Shown piece after piece: positions 49,946-58,560 of a stretch of DNA of 58,560 bases. The DNA is taken from assembly GCA_002104905.1 (NCBI GenBank), contig MCFE01000556.1, positions 1-58,560 of the forward strand, read 5' to 3'. The notes beneath the pieces are model-generated. The model was not told the origin of the DNA. It was given only the letters and a program-made list of their open reading frames with translations, and did no database searches. How positions within the stretch are numbered: position 1 is the stretch's first letter; each line of letters opens with the position of its first letter. Source of the DNA: Basidiobolus meristosporus CBS 931.73. Taxonomy: Eukaryota > Fungi > Basidiobolomycota. The position numbers and the translations under genes were made by a program.

Positions 49946-51384
49946 ATGTCTTCACCGTTCCAGTTCTCCACTCCGTCTCCGGCGAGCCACTACATCCGCG
50001 CCTCCAACTTGAGCTCCCCGGCCCCGAGCCCTTATTTCTCCCCATACCCCTCCAGCTTCCAATCCCCTACGCTAGGCAATCCATACGCCAGCGCCAATTC
50101 CCCTGACAACCTAGCCCACTCCATGCCGAGCAACTTTCCAATCCACGACCCTTATGGCGACGGTGGCACTCCCACCCAATCCCCTCAGCTGTATTCCCCT
50201 TACTCCCCCATGATCGATTCCCCAAGGGCCGCCTTTCAGTGGGCCGCATCCTCCCCCTGGGCTGGCTCCATGTTCCCAGCCAGTATGGGCGGATCCTGGC
50301 TCGGCCTAGGAGCCATGGGCTTCCCCAATCAACCCAGATCCAAGCTCACCACCACTCTCTGGGAGGACGAGAGCACCGTCTGCTACCAGGTGGACGCGAA
50401 AGGGATCTGCGTGGCGCGTAGACAAGGTATAGTGATGTGTGACCTGCAATGGCGCGAGTCAGGGAACTAATGACTCCTTTCATGGCAGACAACAACATGG
50501 TCAATGGGACGAAGCTTCTCAACGTCACCGGCATGTCTAGGGGCAAGCGTGACGGTATCCTCAAGAACGAGAAGGGCCGGGTCGTCGTGAAGGTGGGCGC
50601 GATGCATCTAAAGGGGGTCTGGTAAGTGGGGATTAATCGGTCGAATCCCAGTCACCTACCCGCTCACATGTCTCCCTTGTTTAGGATTACGTTTCAAAGA
50701 GCCAAAGCGTTGGCCTCCCAATTCAAGATCACCGACTTGCTTTATCCACTCTTTGCCGATGATCCATCACCTTACCTTTACAACCCCCATTGCCCGCCGA
50801 ACATGGGGGATGGTGGCCACCCCACGAACGCCATGATGCCGCCCAAGTCCCAGATCCCGTATCATCCGATGAGTAGCCCAAGCCTGTACTCCTCACAAGA
50901 CTCCAACCAGCTCCTATTCCCGCCGTCCCCGTCGGGGAACGAGCACCCCAGCCCTGTCCGGGGGTCTCCGACCGTTTACAACCCGCACTACTCGCGGGTG
51001 GTGTCCCCACCGGCATCCCTGGCCTCGAAAAAACGGAGTTTCGACGAGTTGGAGGAGGAGTACTATGGCCGGGGCAACACACAGACCCGGGGATTTGCCG
51101 CTTTCCCATCCCCACACTCCCTCTCCCCCAGCTCGCTGCCATCCCCCTCGTTGGCCCAGTCGAACCCCAACCTTCCCTACGAATCCTCCCCTTCCATGAG
51201 TAAACGGGTGAAGCTCTCGGATGCCGAGCAGTTCGGCATCCACGAGTCGTCCGAGGACCATCTGGACTCATTCAACGAGCAATGCTTCTCGTACGGTCGA
51301 CCGGATCCCTCGTTCCCCAACGAATCGCTAGGGCTGTTGCTGGAGTCCCTAAGTCCACCCCAGAGCGAGCCGGAGGCCCATTAG
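49946..51384 (+). CDS. stuA: APSES transcription factor (StuA/Efg1/Sok2 family), two introns
   Basis: [25 protein letters not shown]|[36 protein letters not shown]|ITFQRA..LLYPLF. Confidence 0.92.
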
Positions 51385-52298
51385 ACTCGGAGAATGTGAG
51401 CATGAGCGTGAGCACGAGCATGGGCATGGGCATTGATTGCATTTCCTACCGAGGGATCGATGTTTGGCTCGCGTTCTTTCGATGTATATAACACGTGATG
51501 CTTGGGACCATTTAGATGCGAGGCTCATCTATCTTTTGAATCAATGGTTCGTAGATAAGGCGTTTATTACTCAGCACATCCCTCTTCCACTTCCACTTCC
51601 CCCTCTCCATTTGATTTTTTTGTATATCTGTACTACCATCCTCCAATATACAAGTTCATTCCAAACCTTGTGGTGATCACGAGTAGTGCATCGAACCTCG
51701 TCTGCATGTTTCTCCCAACCCCGCACTCGGGATTGTTGGCATGGCTGGGTGGGAGCGGTGTGTGGCCGATCTGGCCATCACTCGTATGCCGAGCCACGGT
51801 GATCGGGACCATCTTTGTGGTCGGTTCATCCAAACACTGGCCACCCTCGCTCTGACATGGATCTAGAAGATCAGCTTTCCCAAGTGTTGTAAGCCTTGCA
51901 ACTGGTGAGAAAACGCTCAGGATTTGGACGGTGGGACACCGTTCAGAAAGGCCTTGGCAACCACTTTTGTATCGACCTTCCAAGACCATGCCAATCAAGC
52001 GATATCATGTGAGTTGGGGGGGCATATTGGTGAGTGTACTCACCATGATATGTATGATCCCCATCAGCCCCCTTCATATGTATAATGTGTTGCCTCACCA
52101 CTGGCCATTGCAAATGTTCTGAGCCATTCAATACGACCAGTTGACTTGGGTGCCTATCAGTGTATGGGCCACTTTGTTGAAGGTCCAGCGTTTATTGACT
52201 GGCTCATTGAACGGTACCTGGGTACTTGTACCTTTTGTCAAATGTCAAAGTGTAGTAATGAGATTGTTTGTGGAAGGCTGCAGGAGGTGTGTTCGAAG

Positions 52299-53104
52299 CG
52301 TTGTAAATTTCGTAATTACACCTAAATATCACCCAACTTAGTCACTTAAATCATTGCCTACGAATCTTGGAGATATTGGAAGTGATTGGGAGAACAAGTA
52401 GATCATGTGGTTTTCACTTGATGATTCATTGAATGTAATAGCAGTATTTATACTTTTTACTTGGTCTTGGCAAACAAAATGTGGAATATGCTTAGGAAGG
52501 TCCCAAGAATATATGAGCAAGGCTTGAGGCTGTTTGGACAACTTATCAAAACTTCATGTTCTGGGTACCTGATATTTTGGTGAAATTAATCAAAGCAATT
52601 CCCAACAAGAAATTTGGTCTGGATTTTCTAAGATTTGTAGGTAATGATTTAAGTTATCAAGTTAGGTGAATATTTGGGTGTTATTTCAAATTTTGCAACA
52701 AAGACCACATAAGCTAATTGTTCTTCCAATCATTTCCAGTATTCCAAAGACTCTTACAACAGGTTATGAGCCCCAAGCTGTCACTCTTGGCAATGTCTAC
52801 TACTGCTATTTCTGGAACTTTTCCCTCTGCTGAAAAGTTGGATAGTTCTCACTAGCAAGTATGGAAGGTGAAGACAAAGATGCTGCTACAGGAACAAAGC
52901 TTTGGGGATATTTTTGTGGGGGAGGAATGCCCTCCTAAAGGTGTAGGAGAAGAAGCCTTTAAGTATCAGAAGTATAAAGCACCTTTAACTCCATATGTCT
53001 GAATATTAAAAACAAATTCCTAAATCTACTCTGTGTTTATTTTGCCAAGACCCTGTCAAAGTTTAAGTCTCACCTTTACATTCAATAAATCATTATGTGA
53101 AAAC
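52299..53104 (+). mobile_element. Old copia copy A: broken 5' LTR (interrupted by an inverted LTR at 52362-52700), PBS, gag start and an LTR fragment
   Basis: LTR pieces homologous to 53105-53453; TTACAACA then GGTTATGAGCCCC at 52762; degraded WKVK.KMLLQE gag. Confidence 0.75.
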
Positions 53105-54712
53105 TGTTGTAAAAATTAGTAATTCCACCTAAATATTCACCTACCTTAGTCACTTAGATCATTACCTTCAAATCCTAGGGAATACTGACCAAACTCCTTT
53201 TCAGGATTTACTTAAAATATTTTTACCAAAATGCCAGGTACCCCACACATGAAAATTCTCAAAGTTGTCCAAACAGCCCTAGACTTTGCACACATGTTTT
53301 TGGGACCTTCTTTAATCTATTCTACATGCTTGAAATGCAAAGACCATGTGAAAGTATGAATACTACTTTTACATTCAATAATTCATTAAGTGAAAACAAC
53401 ATAATCTACTTGTTCTCCAAATCACTTCCAATATCTCCAAGACTCTTACAACAGGGTATGAGCCCCAAGCTGTCACTCTCTGCAATGTCTACTACTGCTA
53501 TTACTGGAATTTTTCCCTCTGCTGAAAAGTTGGATGGATCTAACTACTAAGTGTGGAAGGTGAAGATGAAGATGCTGCTACAAGAAAGAGCCATTTGGGA
53601 TATTGTTATGGGAGAAGAATGCCCTCCTAAAAACATGGGAGAGGAAGCCTTAAAGTACCAGAAGAAAGAACAAAGTGCCTCTAATTGCATATGCCTTAAT
53701 GCCAAAGACAAATCTCTAATACTATGCTCAAGAGCAAAAATGGCAAACAATGCCTAGAAGGCATTAGAAGACACCCAATAGTCATGCTCAGCTGTCAAGA
53801 AAATGTATCTTGGACAAAAGTTCTTTATTACAAAGATGCTGCCAGGTGAAGAAATTAAAAATCTAATTAACAAAATTACCCTGCTAGTGGATGAGATGAA
53901 TTCCATGGGCATACCAACTGCTGCTGATGATGTGATAGTAACCATCCTGAATAGCCTGACAAACAAGTCTCAGGGCCTTGTATCTGCCCTAGAGTCCAGA
54001 ACTGAAGATTTGACCTTAAATTATGTATATGGAAGGCTCCTGGATGTAAAACTAAGAAAATCAAGCGCCAATAAGAAAGAAGAAGAAAATGCTTTAATAA
54101 GCAATGAAAACCAGAAAAGGAGATACCCAAGACCTTTCAAAGGCAATGGCAACCTGATTTGTAACTACTGCAAAAGGAAAGGACACACATCAGACTAGTG
54201 CTTGGAAAAGTAATATATTCAGCAGAAAAAGCTTGAATATGGAATTGCTGCAGCAACTGAAGATAGACTATTGGAATCTGCATTAATGATGACCATAAAC
54301 AAGGATTCCCAGATGTAGTATATTGACTCTGGAGCATCTCAGCACTTTACACACCAAAAAGAACTTTTTGCCCAATATCAAGATATTACAATTAAGAAGG
54401 TTTCATGGGTGACAACAGAATACTTGATGCAGTGGGAGAAGGAACTATCCAAGTAAACCTTAGAAGCAGTAAGGGAAGCCATACACTAACCTTTAAAGAA
54501 GTACTCTATGTGCCAGAAATAGCAAAGAACCTACTATCTGTAAGCAAGGCCTCAGCAGAAGGACTCAGTTTCAGCTTTGACAGTTCTGGATGCAGGATCA
54601 CTGATCAAAATGGTGCCCATATTGCTTTGGGTATCAGAGATCAGAATCTGTATAAACTGACTTATAGTAGATCATATCTGGCAGCCAGTATTAGTGACTT
54701 GAATGAAGAAAC
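53105..54712 (+). mobile_element. Copia copy B: 5' LTR (53105-53453), PBS and degraded gag-protease, interrupted by copy C
   Basis: 349-bp TGTTGTAA...TTACAACA LTR; GGGTATGAGCCCC; gag/PR nearly identical to 57295-58398 but with stops; breaks after NEET. Confidence 0.9.
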
Positions 54713-57700
54713 TGTTGTAAGAGTCTTGGAGATATTGGAAGTGATTTGGAGAACAAGTAGATTATGTGGTTTTCACTTAATGATTTATTGAATGTAAAAG
54801 TAGTATTTATACTTTTACCTGGTCTTGGCATTACAAACACATAGAATAGGTTAAGGAAGGTCCCAAGAACACGTGTGCAAAGTCTGGGGTTGTTTGGACA
54901 ACTTTGAGATTTTTCATGTTCTGGGTACCTGGTATTGTGGTGAAAATATTCTAAGTAAATCCCAACAAGGAATTTGGTCAGTATTCTCTAGGATTTGAAG
55001 GTGATGATCTAAGTGACTAAGTTAGGTGAATATTTAGGTGGAAATACAAACTTTTACAACACTCCCACTCAGCTAAATGTTCATACTGACTAGTCCTAAT
55101 TTTGACCTAAGATATTCAAACTTGTCTCTAGCTAATGGTTTGGTAAATTTGTCTGCAATCATTTCATCTGTAGGACTGTAAACTAAGCTAACTAAGTTAT
55201 TCTCTATAGCTTCACGTATGAAATGATGTCTAATATCTTTGTGCTTGGTCCTAGCATGAAAAGTTGGATTTCTACCTAATTGTATACATCCTTGATTATC
55301 ATGAAATAAACTAATAGGCGTTTTTTGACATAGGCCTAAATCTGTAAAGAGCTTTCTTAACCACATTGCTTCTTTTGTAGCTTCACAGGCTGCCATATAC
55401 TCTGCCTCTGTAGTAGAAAGTGCTACGGTTGGTTGCTTTCTTGAATTCCATGAAATTGCTCCTTTACAGTAAAGAAAGGTATATCCTGTGGTGGATCTTC
55501 TGTCTTCTGAATTTTGTCCCCAATATGCATCAGAGTATCCCACAAGATCTTGTTCTGAATCCTTATAAGTGTATCTTAAGCAGATATCAGCAGTTCCTTT
55601 TAGGTATCTAAAAATCCGCTTAACTGCTGCAATATGATCAGATCCATAATTCTGATTATGTTGACTGACAACTCCCACTGAATATGAGATATCTGAACAT
55701 GTTCCAAGCATAATATACATCAGACTGCCAACCATAGATTGATAAGGAAAGTCAGGGCTTTCAGATAGCACCAAGCTCTCTTGATTTGGTTGAGTTTTGA
55801 CCAAGTTAAGGTTTGTCTCCATTGGGGTAGCTGCCAGTTTACAGTCTTCCATTTGGTACTTCTTTAGTATATCTTGAATATACTTGGATTGGCTTAGGGT
55901 AATAGTCTGGGTACTTTTGTCTATGGAGAACTTAATCCCTAAGTAGTAACTAAGTTCTCCTAGATTGGACATCTTGAACTCCTTAGATAGGCTGGATTTA
56001 GTCTCTTCCAATATTTCTAGGTTATTGGTGGCTATAATAAGATCATCCACATATAGAGCTAATAGAACTGTATTTGCTCTATCTGGCTTATAATATATAC
56101 TATAGGCAGCATTACTCCTTTTGAAACTCAGAGATTCCAATAAGAATCTATCTTGCAATTCCAGGCTCTTGGTGATTGTTTGAGACCATATAGTGACTTT
56201 TTAGGCTTGCAGACCAAATGGGGGTTATCTTGGTCAACAAACCCATCAGGCTGGTCCATATACACATCCTCATCAAGTTCTCCATTCAAAAATGCAGTTT
56301 TACATCCATTTGATGAATAAAAAACATATATTTGGCTGCAATAGCCAATATTAATCTGATGGAATTAAACTTGACTACCGGTGCAAAGGTCGCAGTATAG
56401 TCAAGTCCTTTTGTTTGAGAGTATCCTTTGACTACAAGTCTTGCTTTATATCTTTCAATTGTACCATCAGCCTTGTATTTTGTCTTAATGACCCATCTGC
56501 ATCCAATTGATTTTTGGTTGATTGGTAATTTGACTAAGTCCCAAGTTTGATTTTCCATCAGGGCCTGATATTCCTCAGTCATTGTAGATCTCCAAAACTT
56601 TGTCTGAGGGCTATTTAGGGCCTCTTTTACGGTCTGGGGTTCATCAATATGGACTGAATAGGCATAGGCTAAGTTTGTACCCTCATTAATATAGTAATTT
56701 GGGCTATTTCTTGTCCAATTGGATCTCCGGGCACTTGATACTGGAATGATCACTTCTGGGATATTCCTGGGCACTGATTCCGGCTGAACCACGGTTGTAG
56801 AGTCCTCTGGAGTGAAAAAATCTTCATTGTTTTGCTCTGATTCAATCCTGACAATTGGTGGACTTGAGATCAAATTTTCATCATCATCTGATGTCATTTT
56901 TTGTGAAAATTTTGAATTTTCATCAAACAACACATCCCTGGATTTGCTCAGCTTCTTTGCTTCGGCATTGTAGAGTCTGTATGCCTTACTCTCATTGCAG
57001 TAGCCCAAAAATATGCATTTTAAACTTTTTGGCTCAAATTTTGACTGATTTCCGGCCAGTTTTTTGGCATATGCTGTATGCCCAAATATTCTTAGATGTT
57101 CTGCACTTGGTCTGTATCCATACCATGCTACAAATGGGGTAGAATCACAAAGTATTCTGTTATAACTCCTATTTTTAAGGTATACAGCAGTGGCAACTGA
57201 TTCTGCCCAAAAATTGTAGGATAATTTTTGATCATGGATCATAGATCTGGCCATATCAATTATTGATCTGTTAGCTTGTTCTGCTACTCCTAATCTAATT
57301 TTTCTTAGTTTTGATCAACCCAGAGCTCTTGAACGGTTGTCTGGCTTGTTTCCCATATATGCAGGCTTCACAGTGCTCCAAATTAGCTGGGGGATCAATT
57401 TTCACTCCAGAAATTAGATGATCTTTGATCATTTTGCACAAATAATCAAAATTGATGTGCCCAAATCTCCTGTGCCAAAGCATTGGTGTTTCTTCATTTA
57501 AGTTACTTATATTGGCTTCCAGATATGATGGAATATAAGTCAACTTGTATAGATTCTGATCTCTGATGCCCAAAGCAATATGGGCACCATTTTGATCAGT
57601 GATCCTGCATCCAGAATTGTAAAAACTGAAACTGAGTCCTTCTGCTGTGGCCTTGCCTACAGAGAGTAGGTTCTTGGCTATTTCTGGTACATAGAGTACT

Positions 57701-58560
57701 TCTTTAAAGGTCAGTGTATGGCTTCCTTCACTGCTTCTAAGGTTTACTTGTATAGTTCCTTCTCCCACTGCATCAAGTATTCTATTGTCACCCATGAAAA
57801 CCTTCTTAATTGGAATTTCTTGATATTGGGTAAAAAGTTCTTTTTGGTGTGTAAAGTGTTGAGATGCTCCAGAGTCAATATACCACGTCTGAGAATCCTT
57901 GTTTGTAGTCATATTTAGTGCAGATTTGAATAGTCTATCTTCAGTTGTTGCAGCATTTCCATATTCAGGCTTCTTTTGCTGATTATCTTTCTTTTTGAGA
58001 CACCGGTCTGATGTGTATCCTTTCCTTTTGCAGTAGTTACAAAACAGGTTGCTGTTGCCTTTGTAGGGTCTTGGGTACCTCCTTTGTTGGTTATCATTGC
58101 TTATTAAAGCATTTTCTTCTTCCTTCTTATTTGCGCTTGATTTTCTTAATTCTTCATCCAGGAGCCTTCCATATACGTAATTTAAGGTCAAATCTTCAGT
58201 TCTGGACTCTAGGGCTGATACAAGGCCCTGAAACTTGTCTGTCAGGCTATTCAGGATGGTAACTATCACATCCTCATCAGTAGTTGGTACGCCCACAGAT
58301 TCCATCTCATCTACCAGCAGGGTAATTCTGTTAATTAGATTTTTCATTTTTTCTCCTGGCAGCATCTTTGTAGTAAGGAATTTTTGTCTTAGATACATAT
58401 TCTTGGCAGCTGAACATGACTGGTAGTGTCTTCCAATGCTTTCCAGGCATTCCTGGCCGTTTTGCTCTTGAGCATTGAATTAGCAATTTGTCCTTGACAT
58501 TAAGGCAAATGCAGTATTAAAGGCACTTTGTTCTTTCTTCTGGTACTTTAAGGCTTCCTC
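54713..58560 (-). mobile_element. Copia copy C: 3' LTR 54713-55061, PPT, RH-RT, partial IN and PR-gag running off the window; non-autonomous
   Basis: LYVDD RT, GYSDA..TEAEY RNaseH, WYIDSGAS protease, CNYC/HRRFGH motifs; frameshifts near 56160 and 56290; integrase core deleted near 57290. Confidence 0.95.

Noticed and set aside
51633-52290. Several short minus-strand ORFs next to the copia nest
   Set aside because: Stops in all frames and no identifiable homology

Overview
Eukaryotic (fungal) genomic DNA. Short GT-AG introns with CTAAC-type branch points and the housekeeping genes suggest an early-diverging fungus, but this is an inference and the host cannot be identified from the sequence alone. 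The window has three zones. (1) 0.9-15 kb is an accessory zone of intronless genes: a POT/PTR2 peptide transporter, a GT34 glycosyltransferase, an amino-acid permease and a secreted YcaC-like hydrolase, plus decayed aspartic-protease and ZIP zinc-transporter relics. (2) 15.5-30 kb and 52.3-58.6 kb are nested, CpG-depleted transposon graveyards. They hold one very young full-length chromodomain Ty3/gypsy element (521-bp LTRs differing at 2 sites, GTTCT target duplication) inserted in a CACTA-like transposase relic, several copies of one Ty1/copia family, an unrelated solo LTR, and a 732-bp foldback element with a 125-bp derivative. (3) 31-51.4 kb is an intron-rich housekeeping block: GSKIP-like gene, low-complexity protein, CsbD-like protein, LisH transcription factor, ATP1, PP2A-B55, sphingosine-1-phosphate lyase, DNM1 and an APSES factor. 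I found no wholly unprecedented system. The best second-look items are the gypsy element (tRNA-independent self-priming signature, a textbook -1 frameshift signal, and a YLDN-mutated RT), the foldback family with 3-bp target duplications found twice inside copia relics, and a relic gene with SH3b-like cell-wall-binding repeats.
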